From assembly GCF_009914755.1 (NCBI RefSeq), contig NC_060946.1: a stretch of 64,000 bases of DNA; one strand, written 5' to 3'. Source of the DNA: the human T2T-CHM13v2.0 reference genome, Homo sapiens. Below are positions 29,818 to 45,200 of this stretch, one piece after another (the first letter of the stretch is position 1; the number at the start of each line of letters is the position of its first letter). Position numbers and translations under genes: made by a program. Under the pieces are notes generated by a model. It was not told the DNA's origin and made no database searches. It saw only the letters and a program-made list of their open reading frames with translations.

Positions 29818-31498
29818 TTACTTATTGGGCAGGGAGAGGGAGAATATATTTTCTTCCTTGACGGCAATGGATAATGCTCTGCAAATTGGCATTTATGGAT
29901 ACTAAATCACTTTGTGAAACATTATATCTCTAGAGCTACAGGAATCTCATAATGGGAAATGCACATAAAGGGTTTCTTCTTTCACTTTTGCACCCTCCCC
30001 TTCATTCAACTTCCATTTCCATAAACAAATGTGAAAAGAAACATTATAAGAAGCAGCCATGTGTATCCAAACTTTAAAAGTCAAATGCATATTTTAATAT
30101 AAAATTACCTGCATAGAGTCAGACTTTTTTGGATAGAACATCCTTCGCGTTAATTTATGCTAAAGATTGAACAACATTAGGTTGAAATCAAAGCTTGAAA
30201 CAGACACAAAGGAAGTTGGGGATAGACATAATCTGGAACAATTAAAATTATGTGCTGAGCTCACCCACCCCAAAAGCTATAGAAAATATTGGCTTGACTT
30301 GATTTTGTAAAGATTTCTGTGAAATATTTAAGAGCAAGCCTATATCTGGGAAATATCTTTCCATGGTTATATATGTATTTCTTTTTTCCCATTTTATGGA
30401 GAAATAACTATTTTATGGGTATTGTTGAGCATTAGCCGAGGAAACTTACCCCCTGTCCTTTAATGTTTCTCTTTCCTAACTCAAGTTTGAGATAGTGACA
30501 TTACGCCTGGCATACTAAAAAAAAAGTTCACTGGAATTAAAATTTAGCAGTACACAGAGGCAGAACACAAGACCTTGTCTGCGAGCTGTTCAAGTGGTGA
30601 TGAAATCCGAATTAGAAAAGAACGCTATCGTTGCTCCTATCAGCAGCTCCTCAGCCAAGTTTTATCTATAGCTGCACAAAAATTGATTTGCAATCAGTTA
30701 CATTTGTTTTTTAAAATCCCATCAAATCCAAGAAGCCTATTTTAGTCTGTAAAATTGAGCAGATAATTGCCTCCTTTATATGAATAAAATGTAAAACCCG
30801 TATCTGGAATAACAGCCATTTTCTTATTCCTCAACAGACGCTTTGAGCTCCAGTCACACCACACCTCCTAGATTTTCTAGTTGTATGCTCTTTTCTTCAG
30901 CTTGGGATTCTCATCAGCTTTCCCCCAACCCTTTTCTTCCCCCTGGGCTCCCCACAACCCCACCCTCCCAGCTGCAGACATTGAGCTTCTCTCCTCTGGG
31001 CTCCCATAGTATTTTTTATGTTTTGAGATTTCTCACATAATAATAAATGAAGGAAAGAATAAATGAATGAGCTAGGTCCTGCTCACTTCATGAGGGCCCT
31101 TACTTTGTATTTTCTTATAGCCTGTGGGATGGCAGTCTGATCACAGGGGCAGGCATTGACATTCTTTATTCAAATCATACAGTCACTGCCAGCTCACAGC
31201 TCTGGAGGGCTTTTGTTTCTAGTGGATTAGCCATATTGCAAATGATCAATAAGGCCAATGATTCTGGCATATCTTGATTTTAGGTTCTTATGGATGCTGT
31301 CCCTTACATAGCTGCATCTGTCCTACTCATTTACTTTGCAAAAAAAGCCTTCCGCTTCTCTCTCTCTCTCCTCCCCATCCTGGTCCAGGCCATTGTCATC
31401 TCTCATCTGGACACCTGCAGTGACCTCCTCCCAGGTCTGCCCTCAGTCACTCTTGCTCCTCCAATTTTTATTGGCATTGTAGCCAGAAGGGTTATTTA

Positions 31499-31804
<306 letters not shown>

Positions 31805-33493
31805 TGCAAATCTGATTACATCAATTCTGAGAATCTTCTCTAGCTACCCTGCCTTTCTTCCTGGTCCTTCATTATCTCAATTTGCTGTCCCACCTCAGGA
31901 CTTTGCACACCCTGTTGCCTCTGGCTGGAATGCTCTTTCCTTGCTCCCCTTTTACATAGTTACCAGGTCATCCCTCTCTCTCCAGGCTAGTTAAGCCTTG
32001 AGTCACACACTCTCCTAGCTCCCTGTGTTTTTCCTTCACAGTGCGTAGCACAGTTTGTAGTTGTGTGTGTGTGTGTATGTGCACACATGTGCATACGTGT
32101 GTATATGTCTAAGCTCCATGAAAGCAGGAAATGGATTGCTTTCTCTCTACTCTTTCCTCAGCGCTTAGGCTCCTCAGACATGAAGTAAGGATTTAAAAAT
32201 ATTGTTGAATGAATAAATGATTCTTGGATAAATGTCAGATCTTTGTCTAATAAAGCAAAAGCCAGAGGAGAAATGTTTATGCTCAAACATGTATTTTTTG
32301 GTTCTTGGGAAGGTGCACACCAGCCAGTTAACAACATTGCCCAGCTCGACTACCAGCAAGTCCTTCTCATCAACCTGAGAAATGATGCAATCTTTTACCC
32401 AGTATAAATTCAGCTCTTTATAAAATGATTCCATCAAGTCATGGCAAGTGTCCAAGAAGCCCGTAATGAAATGCAAATAAAAAATTTAAAAAGAGCATAT
32501 GCTCTGCAAATTAAGCAACAGAAAGAGTAATATCGTATACTGCCAATTCTTTATCAGTGAAATCACCCAGAATTCAACGTGGTAGGTCCTAGACACCCAT
32601 TGCTCTGGGTAACACGAAATAAACGACCCTCTCTTGCTAGGTTCCTGCCGGCATTTCTAGCTTGTCTTGCCCTCTGGCCGTCAGTTCTCCTATTCCAGCA
32701 CAACCTCACTCAGAATGCCCAGACAAGTCTACACTGGGAACATGTGAGGTTCTCTCTGCCTTGAACTATCTACCTTCTGACCTCCTACTTCACCCTTCTC
32801 TCTCCAGGGCCCCTGAGTGAACATCCATTCATCACTTCCAGCTCAAGTAGCTTTACTCAACAAATATTTCTTTATCTGATTGAAGTTTTGATTTTCCCTT
32901 TGCCATCTCAGTAAACGGCCCTGCCATAACCCTCTTTGCTCAAAATGGGAACCTGGGAATCTTCTTTGCTTTTTTTCTTCTCTCTCCAATACCGATCATA
33001 TCCCATCCATCAGCGAGTCTTGTCTTAACACTGTCCCTTTTCTCCAACTCCATCATCCTCATCTTAACCCCTATCTCTAACCCGCCATGCAAAGTCCTCT
33101 CACTTTCAACCCTCCCATCCATCCTTCCCTCAATGGTCAGTGCAGTCTTCTGAAAGTAAATTAGATTGTACCTAAAACTCTTCTATGATTTCCCATGTCT
33201 CCAAGAAAAATATTTGAACTCCCTTCCATGACTTGCAAAGCCTCAGCAAATTGGCTTTTGCCTTTCTCATCTAGATTCTGCCCTCACTTTGGGTCTTCCC
33301 AACTAGACATCATCACTTCAGATGTCTTAATGGTGACATGTCCTCCGCGGAGCTCCCAATCTCCCCCGGCCTCAATCTTCTGCCGCGGCAGCTCCATCCT
33401 TCCAGAGGCACAGACCAGAAAGCTCAGAGTCACCCTCGACTCTTCTTGCTAATTCACATCCTGTTTCCAGCAAATCCTGACAGCTCTACTTCC

Positions 33494-33783
33494 TTTTTTC
33501 TTTTTTTGAGACGGAGTCTCACTCTGTCACCCGGGCTGGAGTACGGCGGTGTGATCTCGGCTCACTGCAACCTCCACCTCCCAGATTCCAGTTATTCTTC
33601 TGCTTCAGTCTCCCGAGTAGCTGGGATTACAGGCACCCGCCACTATGCCCAGCTAATTTTTTTGTATTTTTAGTAGATATAGGGTTTCACCATGTTAGCC
33701 AGGCTAGTCTCAAACTCCTGACCTTGTGATTTGCCCGCCTCAGCCAGTGCTGGGATTAGAGGCATGAGCCACCACGCCCGGCC
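33494..33783 (-). mobile_element. Alu (AluS)
   Basis: TSD acagctctactt. Confidence 0.95.
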
Positions 33784-33804
33784 AACAGCTCTACTTTCAA
33801 ACTG

Positions 33805-34168
33805 TGATATGGTTTGGCTGTGTCCCCAACTGAATCTCATCTTGAATTGTAGCTCCCATCATTCCCACGTGTCTTGGGAAGGACCCAGTGGGAGGTAACT
33901 GAATCACAGGGTGGGTTTTTCCCATGCTGTTCTTGTGACAGTGAATAAGTTTCACGAGATATGGTGGTTTTAGAAAAGGGGAGTTCCCCTGCACACGCTG
34001 TCTTGCCTGCTGCCATGTAAGACATCCCTTTGCTCTTCCTTTGTCTTCCACCATGATTGTAAGGTCTCCCCAGCCATGTGGAACTGTGAGTCCATTAAAC
34101 CTCTTTCCTTGATAAATTACTCAGTCTTGGCTATGTCTTTATCAGCAGTGTGAGAACAGACTAATACA
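33805..34168 (+). mobile_element. THE1B-type ERVL-MaLR solo LTR
   Basis: Begins TGATATGGTTTGGCTGTGTCCCC, ends GACTAATACA; 5-bp TSD aactg/gactg. Confidence 0.92.
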
Positions 34169-34571
34169 GACTGTGTCTCAAGAACCACTGTCCACTTCTC
34201 ACTTCTCCTGTGGCTATCCCAGTCCACACCACCACCAACTCCTGCCTGGACAATGGCACTGGCCTCCTCCTTTGCCTTTCTGCTTCTGCACTTGCCCTCT
34301 CTCCCGCTGCCACCAACCTCTCTTCACTCAATTCTCAACTCAGCCTCTGGAAGAGTGATGCTAAAATACAGGTCAAGTTAGGTCACTTCTCTGCTCAAAA
34401 CCCTACAGGGACTCCCACCTTACTCAGAGTCAAGGCTAACGTCCTCACAGTGGCCTATAAGGCCCCATGTGACATGCCTCCCTTCACCCTGATACCTCAT
34501 TAGTCTCATTATCTACTCCTTTCTGCTTGGCTGGACTCGCTCCAAACACACTGGCCTCCTTGCCATTCTAT

Positions 34572-35016
34572 TTTACTTTTTTTCTTGAGACGGGGTCTTG
34601 CTCTGTTGCTCAGGCTGGAGTGCAGTGCTTCGATCCCAGCTCACTGTAGCCTCGACCTCCCAAGGCTCAAGAAATCCTCCTGCCTCAACCTCCTAAGTAT
34701 AGCTGGGACTATAAGCATGTGCCACCACACCCAGCTAATATTTTTTTTAAAAAAATAGACATGGGGGTCTCACTGTGTTGCCCAGTCTGGTCTCAAACTC
34801 CTGGGCACAAGCAATCCTCCCACCCTGGCCTCCCAAAGTGCTAGGATTGCAGGTGTGACCCACTGCACCTAGCCCATTCTATTTATTTTTATTTTTTGTA
34901 GAGATGGGGGTCTCACTTTTTTGGCCACGCTGATCTTGAACTCCTGGCTTCAAGTGATCCTTCTGCCTGGGCCTCCCAGAATGCTGGGATTTTAGGCATG
35001 AGCCACCGCGCCTGGC
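34572..35016 (-). mobile_element. AluJ (34572-34873) plus adjacent left monomer/FLAM (34880-35016)
   Basis: Inner TSD ccattctattt; outer TSD ctc(c/t)ttgccatt. Confidence 0.88.
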
Positions 35017-35304
35017 CCTCTTTGCCATTGTAAAACACCACAGGCACACTCCTGCCTCGGGGCCTTTGCGTTAGCTGTTTCCTCTACCTGAGTCACCTTT
35101 CTCTAGATATCTGCTATTTATTGTTCTTTAGATATTATTTGTCATTCATCTCCTTCAGGTATTTATTCAAATATTACTTTCTTACTAAAGTCTTCCCTGT
35201 TCACTCTATATAAAATTGCAAACTTCTCTTCCTAGAAACATTCTAGTCCACTTTCCTGATGTCTTTTTCTCCTTAGCTCTTGTCTCTACGTAGCATGTGA
35301 GGCT

Positions 35305-35805
<501 letters not shown>

Positions 35806-35989
35806 GAAACATGCTATATATTTTACTTTTTTGTTATTGTGTCTCTCCCCACTAGAAAGTGAGCCCCAAGAGGGCAGGAATATTTGTCTTTTTTTGTATA
35901 TTACTGTAACCCCCTGTGCCTAGAATAGAGGTTGGCACATGCTAGATGCCCAGTCAATATTTGTTGAACAAATGAGTCCTCCAAGTTAA

Positions 35990-36362
<373 letters not shown>

Positions 36363-37179
36363 TCCTGTTTCTTAAATAGATGTTGAACCTGTCCACTGCT
36401 CTCCTTGTTCTTACCACCACTCTCCGCCAGGCTGTGTAGGCACCTCCTTGTAACTTGCTTCCCAGCTGGTCTCCAGGCATGCCCATGTGTTCCCCCGCCA
36501 TTCCCCACTGCTTTCTTCCTAGGAGCCTAGGATGATGGTCAAGGTCTTTAGCTCGGTCTCCAGGCCCTGCCTACCTCTGCAGCCCTCCCTCTCAGCAGTA
36601 CAGTCTCTCGGGCCTTCTTCTCACCCTGCAAACATGTTTTCTGTTTTTCACATGAAAACCCTTCTTCCTTTATTTCCAGAACATCCTTCACCCCTTTTAG
36701 GTCTTGCTCACCCTCAGGCCTCAGGCTCTTTCTGAATCCCTGAACGAAATCTCCCATGATCCACTGTAAGAGCAAAACCCCCATATACCTGTTTTCTGTG
36801 GGTGTTATCATAGTAGGGACTATATGGTTATCAATGTGCTGTTTTGCTGGATGACTCTTTTGCCCATGACACTGTAAGGGCAGAAAGGACCACACCTATG
36901 AGATTTTTGCATCCCCATTTCCCAGCAAGCCACCACCAAGCACATAACAGGTGCTCAGTAATGTTGCTTGGTTGAGAGAACCTGTGGCAAGATACCCTGT
37001 GAGCAATTAATTTAGGCTGGGTCTCCACTGCTCTAGTTACTTTTCACACCCCATCCCAAGGAGGCAGAAGAGCTCTCAGGGCCATGTTAATGGCATTAGG
37101 ACTGTAGGGCTAAGATGCAAAGTTGCCGTCAGAAGACAGTCCCCATGCTGGAGTCCCCCCGGGCTGTAGGCAAAGACAG

Positions 37180-37640
<461 letters not shown>

Positions 37641-38152
37641 TAGTTCTGCAGTGCCTCAGTTGGCTGGAGCTGACCGGGGGCTGCCCGGGCTGGGGCCTGT
37701 GTGTGCCTCAGTTGCCACATGGAATGCTTCCTCCGTCAGGCACCTGCCTGGCTGCTCTGGACACCAGAGGCTGTGGTGTCCAGCCTCGGCTTATAGAAAC
37801 AACAGAGCCGGATGATCTGAAGTAAGAAGAGTTCCAAGGGTTGGGACGGGTCAAGGGAGCCAATCTGCAGAGGCCACAGGTGTCTGCAGACATGGAAGGC
37901 TCTGGAATCTCTGGGAACCCTGGCACTGGGTTCCCAGCCTGGGCCAGTCCCCTGTGTCCAAGCCTGTGGGACCTTCAGGACCAGGAGGGCATGGGCAAGA
38001 GATGACCTGAAGAACTACAGACCCTTTCTTGGAGGTTCTTGATGGTGTAAGACCTCCAGGATTCCCACATTATAAGAGAGAGAGGAAGAATCCTCTTGAA
38101 AACATGACAGACGTTAGATTTTTTTTTTTTTTTTTGCTACTCCGGTAAGTAC

Positions 38153-38179
38153 AGTGTGTTTGTGTGTGTGTGTGTGTGT

Positions 38180-38212
<33 letters not shown>
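38153..38212. repeat. Interrupted (GT)n microsatellite
   Basis: Direct reading. Confidence 0.9.
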
Positions 38213-38215
<3 letters not shown>

Positions 38216-38481
38216 ATGTATGTGCGCATTTGGGGGGTACTTTCAGAGTTAGAGTTAATTGATTTCAGAACAAAAAAAGGAACACAGCTTTCCTACATGC
38301 AACCACTGTGGACAAAATCCACACCTGCCTCAAATAAATTATATTCCCCATATTCTCAAGAGAGCCAATCTTTCTCTTTGAGGAATGTTTTTTTTAATCC
38401 CTCTTCAATCTGTTTGTACTAAGAATGCGGGTATACTTTATTCCATGTTTCTCTTTCTTCTTGTAGTTGTGTGTGCGTGTG

Positions 38482-38732
38482 TTTCAAGACAAGGTCTCAC
38501 TCTCACCCCGGCTGGAGTGCGGTGGCTTGATCACAGCTCACTGAAGCCTCAACTTCATAGGATCACTTGCGTAGGCCACCACGCCTGGCTAATTTATTAA
38601 TTTTTTTTTTTGGTAGAGACAGAGTTTCCCTATGTTGCACAGTCTGGTCTTGAACTCCTGGGCCCAAGTGATCCTCCTGCCTTGGCCTCCAAAAGTGCTG
38701 AAATTACAGGTGTGACCCACTGTGCACAGCCT
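38482..38732 (-). mobile_element. AluJ with an internal deletion in the right arm
   Basis: 'cacagctcactgaagcctcaact' joins 'ccaccacgcctggctaa' through a short non-consensus stretch. Confidence 0.85.
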
Positions 38733-39818
38733 CTTTAGTAGTTTTAAAGCCCATACTTATAAGAAGTTCATTATGACACTGCTCTTTGGCACATATATTT
38801 TGAGAGACTGTGGGAAAAGCTGTGTCTCTTAAGAGTCAAAAGTCAGAAGCCGGATTTGGCAGGCTATTGAGAAGAGGTGTTTTAACTTCAGACGCATAAA
38901 AAAAAGTTCCAATTTAATTCAGACTTGCTATGGAGTCAGAGATATCTTCATCTACAAGAGTTTCATGAGGATCTTCTAGAACTTCAGATTATTACATTTC
39001 TTTTCTAGTTATCGAAAACAAGGTCTCAGCTCCTTTAGGCAAATGTTTTGGGACGTATTCTTGCTGTTCCTATCCTAATTTAGTTTTTTGCCAAACTGGT
39101 GTCCGAATCTTTGTTTTGCAGAGTCAGGAAAAGTGTGGATAGGAGCAGAGAGGCATTAAAAAAAAGGGAAAAGATGATGGAGGAAACCCAAGTCCATCTT
39201 GACTAAGCGGAGCTGTGATTTGGGAGGGGGGAAAACAGAATGCTGGGGCCGGACTGGGGAATTTTGGCGTTTGCTGGAGGAGGCTCTAGAAGTGAGAAAT
39301 GTCTCTGTGGGCTAGAAATTGTGTCCTTTTCAATGCTCTTATAAGTAGAGTTTGGATTGGAATTCCTTTATAATTATTCTTTGACTTCTTCATATGTGAC
39401 TCTTTGCAGAACTGAGCCACTTGGAGGTCTGTAATTTGTTAGGGTTAGACAAATGTAGCCTACTGGGCTTATGGCAAAATAGTTTCTATAAGGAGAATAT
39501 CAACTTTTCTACCTGAGGTCTTGGTTAAACAATTAAAGCCTCGATCAAGCGTCACCTCCTTGTGTGAAGCCTTTACTCCTCTAGCAATTAGCTAGCTTGT
39601 TGATGTGCCCACCCTAGTTTCTTCATAGTTCTATTTTAGTACTTACCACTCTGTATGCCAATTTGTTAGTTTACATGTTTGTGTCCCTTCCATGGCCTCA
39701 AGGTTATGCAGAATAGGGACCAACTGTGTTTTATCGCCCTTTATAGATTCAGCCCATAGCTAAGACTGTGGTGGCTGGCACACATTAGGTATTTAGTAAA
39801 TGTTTGCTGAATGAATAA

Positions 39819-40307
<489 letters not shown>

Positions 40308-40549
40308 CACTTAAGATTTTCAAATATCTTTAGGTTCATAACCAAGGGCTACTGAAGACATTCAGATAGTATAGGATGGAACAATCTAATAAATAGACTC
40401 ACCTTATGATTTCTAGAAACTGATTTAAGTTAGGAAATGAATGTTTCCAGGAAGTGGTATTGGGCCCTTGCAGTTATGGTTCTAATGAATGATTTGGGGA
40501 AGGGAAAGACTGTAAATTGGTAAGTTAGTAGAGGATTCTAAGCTGGCCT

Positions 40550-41280
40550 ACAAACGCAGGCTCATTTTTGACTCCTGTCTTTTTCTAATGAACCATATCC
40601 AATCAATAAGCAAATCTTGTTGGCTTCACCTTCAACACACAGCCCGAATCCAACCACTTCTCATCACCGCCTTCACTACCCCTAATTCAAGCCACATCTT
40701 ACACCTGGATGGCTGTAATGGGCTCCTAACTGGTCTCCCTGCTTTCACCCCAGCCCCTACATTGTGTTCTCTACCCACCAGCCAGAAAATGACTTTCCTC
40801 CGCTCAAAGTCCTCCAACAGCTCCCACGACGCTCAGAGCAAAAGCTGCTCTGGCCCCTGCTGCGTCCCTGACCTCACCTGCTCCAGGGGCCTTGGCCTCC
40901 TTGCACCTCATCAAATGCACCCAGCACGTTCCTGTTACTTTCGCCTTGAGACTTTGCCCCAGACATGAGCATGGCTCTTTCCTTCACTTCCTTTGGGTTT
41001 TTACCAGTGAGGCGTCCTAGACTTCCCCATTTAAAATGGCGGCGTTCCTGGCCAACGCTCTCTGGCCCCCTTCCTGTTTAATTCTTCTCTGCAGCACTCA
41101 GCTCCAGCTGACCTATATTTTGCTTTATTTATCGATTGGTTGTCTGCCTATCTCCAGTAGAATGAGGGCCCTTCATGAGGGTCAGGACTTTTGTTTGCTC
41201 TGTCCATGATTGGATCCCAGTGCCCGGAAGAGCATCTGGCACACAGAAGTGCTCGACAGTGATTTGTGGAATAAATGCAG
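40550..41280 (+). mobile_element. L2a
   Basis: 'catatccaatcaataagcaaatcttgttggcttcaccttcaa' to 'gatttgtggaataaatg'. Confidence 0.85.
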
Positions 41281-42649
41281 ACAGCTCTCTCAGGTAGTGG
41301 TTGGGTTGCTTCCATGTGGCACCTGCCTCAGTCTCTGATGTTTGCTAGGATTGTGCTGGGATAATTGTGTATATGGATGAGATGTCTGCATCTTAATGGT
41401 TGATAATTAACATTGACTTTTTGCCTTCTTCCGGAGAGATCCAGTGGCTCTGGGCATGGAAGGATAACTGAACAAAGAGAACTCAGGCATCCAAGGAGTG
41501 AGACAAGTCTTCAGTTCCACAATGGATAGAAACCAGAGGAGATTATAATTTGTGGTCAGACTTAAGGGTATATGGAATCCGGCCTCAAAGGAAAACAGTC
41601 CCAGCCCTGGAAAGCTCATGCTACTCCCATGTCAGATAGAGGGGCCTGGCCTGGACTCGGGAGGGCTCTGCCTGGGAGAAGAAGAGGTGTGCACGTTGCT
41701 CCAGGAGCCCGGCTGGAGGACACGGGGGCCGGAATTGCTTTTATTGGATAAATCTTCTCTGGATTGAGGAGTTCATCTTAAGAAATTTTTGATTCCTATG
41801 CTGGATAGGGCTGGACACTGGATCTACACTCTGTGCCTATAATTTTTAAAAACCTACAGAGTTTTCATTTTTATAAATCCTAGAACTTTTTTTTTTTCTG
41901 GATACAATAAGATTGGCCCGCAAATGGACAGTGGCGTAATGAGCAAAAGTGTCGTGAGGTCTGTGTGTTTCCTTTGCTATGGCTCAGGGAGTGGAGGCTT
42001 GTAGTTCCAGAATATTGAGTAGGCACAGAGAGCTCTGGAGCCCCCGGGAGCCAGGCAGGTAGTAAAATCCTAGTGTGGTTATGGTGCTGGGGCAAAGAAA
42101 ATCTCCGTTCACTCCCAAGCTCTCCAGAGTGTCTGAGGCTGTAGAGAGGCTCACTGAGACTGTGAAGTGGGCACAGGCTTTGTGTCTTGGGGGATGAGCC
42201 TAGAGACTTTTCACTTCTGGGGGTTTGTCCAGTATGTTCCTCTAAGGTTGTCATAATAAGTGCATCATTACCAAGTATTACAGCAGGTACTGGTTTGCAT
42301 CAGGGCTGCTGACGTTGTCTGTGGGCATTGTTAAGAAACCAATCTGGGAAACAAATCTGAACAAAGACCTCACAAAGCCACAGGAGTGAAAAAATAATGG
42401 CCCATGAACTTGAGTGGGGGCAGGTATAGAGGGAAAATACCCTAGTCTTTATTTGAAGGAAGATTGCCCGGAACTGTGAACTTTAGATCAAGACAAGAAT
42501 CCAAGATCAAGGCAGATTCTACCTTATGATTAAGGGAAAGTCCTCCTCTCGCCAATAAGGGCAGGTAGTGACAGGCATCAGGGAGGCCATGGGGCCTGGG
42601 AGAGGGAAGAGGAGCAGAGAGAAGCACGCACTGCATGCTGGGCTTTTCA

Positions 42650-43080
42650 CACATGAGAAAGCCTTAAAAATAACCCTCCAGTGGTTATTACTTCTCCCAT
42701 TTTCTAGATAAGGATAATACAGCTCAGAAGCTAGATAATTTACTATCTCAGGGCTTCTAAGTGTTGGGGTGGGATTTAAGCCTGTCTTCCTCATCCATCT
42801 CTTTTTAAATTCCTTCCGTCCTTTATTCAACACATCTGTATCCAGCCCTTGCCCAGGTGCTGGGTACACTGCAGGGACCAAAGCAGGAATGTTCCTGCCC
42901 TCAGGGAGCTTTCAATCTGTGGGCATGATGACAGTGAACAAAGTAACAAACCATAATGTAATCACAGAGGGCAATAGTGCTCCAGGGGGAATAGGCGGGG
43001 TGTGGGGACAGGGCAAGAGTGTGCGGGGAAGGGACTCCTTAGGTTGGGTGGTCAGGACTGGCTCCCTGCAGAGACTGAAG
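42650..43080 (-). mobile_element. MIR followed by an L2 3' end
   Basis: 'ctcccattttctagataagg'; 'ttattcaacacatctgt...ccaggtgctggg...cctgccctcagggagcttt'. Confidence 0.7.
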
Positions 43081-43599
43081 ATAAGATGGAGCCTGGTATT
43101 GGGGTGGGGACAGCAATGACGCTGGGAGGGAAGGAAGGGGTGTGCAGGTTATAGGAGCCGAGGGAGCGCCAGACGGTGGCTCTCCGAAGTGTATGTATGC
43201 CCTTTCACTCCAGCATGTGGCTTGGCAAGAGAAGCATTGGAGTCAGAGGAGGAAATACCACATTACACAGTGGGTAGGAAACTGACTGCCCTTAGAAGTC
43301 TAAGACGGTGTGGGCTGAAAATACCAACTGCTTCCCGCTAGGTGTAGGCACAGGCCTGCTGAGAGATTTCTATGGCATTATTAAGGGAAAGCGGGAGGGT
43401 GGGGGCTCTGTCCTCTTGTGGGTGAGGGCCTGGGCAGCAACTTGTCTTCCCACAGCACAAGCTCCGACCCTACCAAGTCAGAAAAGAGGCTGGGACAGGG
43501 CCACGTGGAGTCAGGGAGTGGGGAGAGGGCTGTCCCCCATGGCGACCCTGATGCTACTTCTCAGGGACGGGAAAGGAGAGGAAGGAGTGTGTTAACCAG

Positions 43600-43760
43600 G
43601 TCAAAGGCTGCTCCACAGTGAACACTGTGCTGTTTCACGTTACTTATTTCATGTGAGGAAACTGAGGCTCAGAGAGGCAAATTACCTTGCCCAAGTTCAT
43701 GAATCCAGGAAGGGTATGCCGTGGAGTCTTCCTGGCTTCAAAACCCAGGTTCTCTCCTGT
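43600..43760 (-). mobile_element. MIR
   Basis: 'gaggaaactgaggctcagagaggcaaattaccttgcccaag'. Confidence 0.85.
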
Positions 43761-45039
43761 GACCCGGGCTGAGGGGCAGCAGATTACCTGGCCCCAGGAA
43801 GGAGTGGGGCCAAAGAAGCAGGACCTGGGGTGATTCTGGGGCCGGGGGAGGGAGGGAATGGCAGGGGTGGGATGGTGCGGGGACACAGGCACACAGGTGA
43901 AATGCTGATGTACTGAGATAGGCTTTGCTTGGGAGATCAGAAAGACCTGTGTTCAAATGCCAGCCTGTGCCAACTGCTGGAATTTAGCAGCCAGATGGAA
44001 CACCTTGAATATCTGCGCGGCCCCTCCCCCAGCCTGCCACCCCCGAGAGGAGGCCCTCACAGCTCCTCTTGCCTCTGGCTGCCTGAGTAAGCAGTCCCCT
44101 AGAAGAGCCTGACTCATTCGCCTTGGCTCCCTGCCACCAGAGCTGCAGGGAGGACAGTAGCCCAGTGGCTGGTGGCTTCCAGCTTGCACTGACTGCCCAG
44201 CCTCCTCTGGGGAGCAGATGGGGACAATCCCCCCACGACTCTGCTCCTGGTACCCGCACAAGCCGGGGCCTCCCAGGTCAGCTCTCATTCCCTGGCACAG
44301 ACCTGTCCCACCTTCTTGTATGTGGTTCTGTGTTTATGTGTCATTGTCCCTCACTAGGCCGTGAGCTCTTGCAGGGCAGGGATGCCTGAGTCATCTCCCG
44401 TCCCCAGTGCTCATGACAGGACTTGGCACCATGTAGGGGCTGCTCAGCAAATATTTGCCAAATTCCCTTCCAAATCAAACAGGAAATCCCCCTACCCTTG
44501 CCGGGGGGCAGTTGCTGGTGGAGCCGGGCCCGTGACCATGGCTTCTGCGGGCTGCTCACCCGGCTTCAGCCCTCCAGTGCCAGGCGCGCACAGGCATATG
44601 TCACATTTCAGCATTGTTTTCCTTCCGATGCTGCTTTCGATTGCTGGTTTTATTCCAGCCCATTCTCACTCTCTGTCTTGGAAAATCACAAGGCAACTCC
44701 ACGCTGCTCCTGGAATTCTTGCCAATGTGATTCAAGAGGAATTGAGCACACTGCGCTGAGCTCCCCTCAACACAAAGACGCTGCTACTTTCAGTGTGGTG
44801 GCCTTCCTTCCACCAGCCTGGCCCCCCACCTTGCCCAGGTGAGGCGGGCGGGGCGGGGCAGCGTGTGCGCTTGGCTGTTTCACCCAGTTGTCACCCACAA
44901 AGTGCCCCAGTTGAAAGCACCCAGGGCTGGGAGGTGTGGGTTGTTAGATAAACGTGGAAGCAAGGTTGCCCCATAACAGCCCAGAGCCTTCCCTCATCCC
45001 AGTCCTCACTCACAACCTACTCTGCTAAAGTTTTTTAAA

Positions 45040-45200
45040 TCATGGCTTCTTTACTAGCTATGTGACTTGGGATAAATGACTTACTCTCCTCTGTGCCTCA
45101 GTTTCCTCATGTGAAAAATGGAGACGATTGTTACAGGATTAAATGAGATACAGTGGCAGTACCCAGCACAGGGCTTGGTGTACTGTGGGCATTCAGTGAC
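45040..45200 (+). mobile_element. MIR
   Basis: 'ctatgtgacttggg...ctctgtgcctcagtttcctcatgtgaaaaatgg'. Confidence 0.85.

Noticed and set aside
38140-38151. Strong plus-strand donor CCG|GTAAGT
   Set aside because: No matching upstream acceptor or open exon found; it sits between a poly(T) run and a GT microsatellite.
44500-44900. CpG island / gene promoter (also 58110-58235)
   Set aside because: CpG enrichment is local and short; no first exon is identifiable; kept only as enhancer-like candidates.
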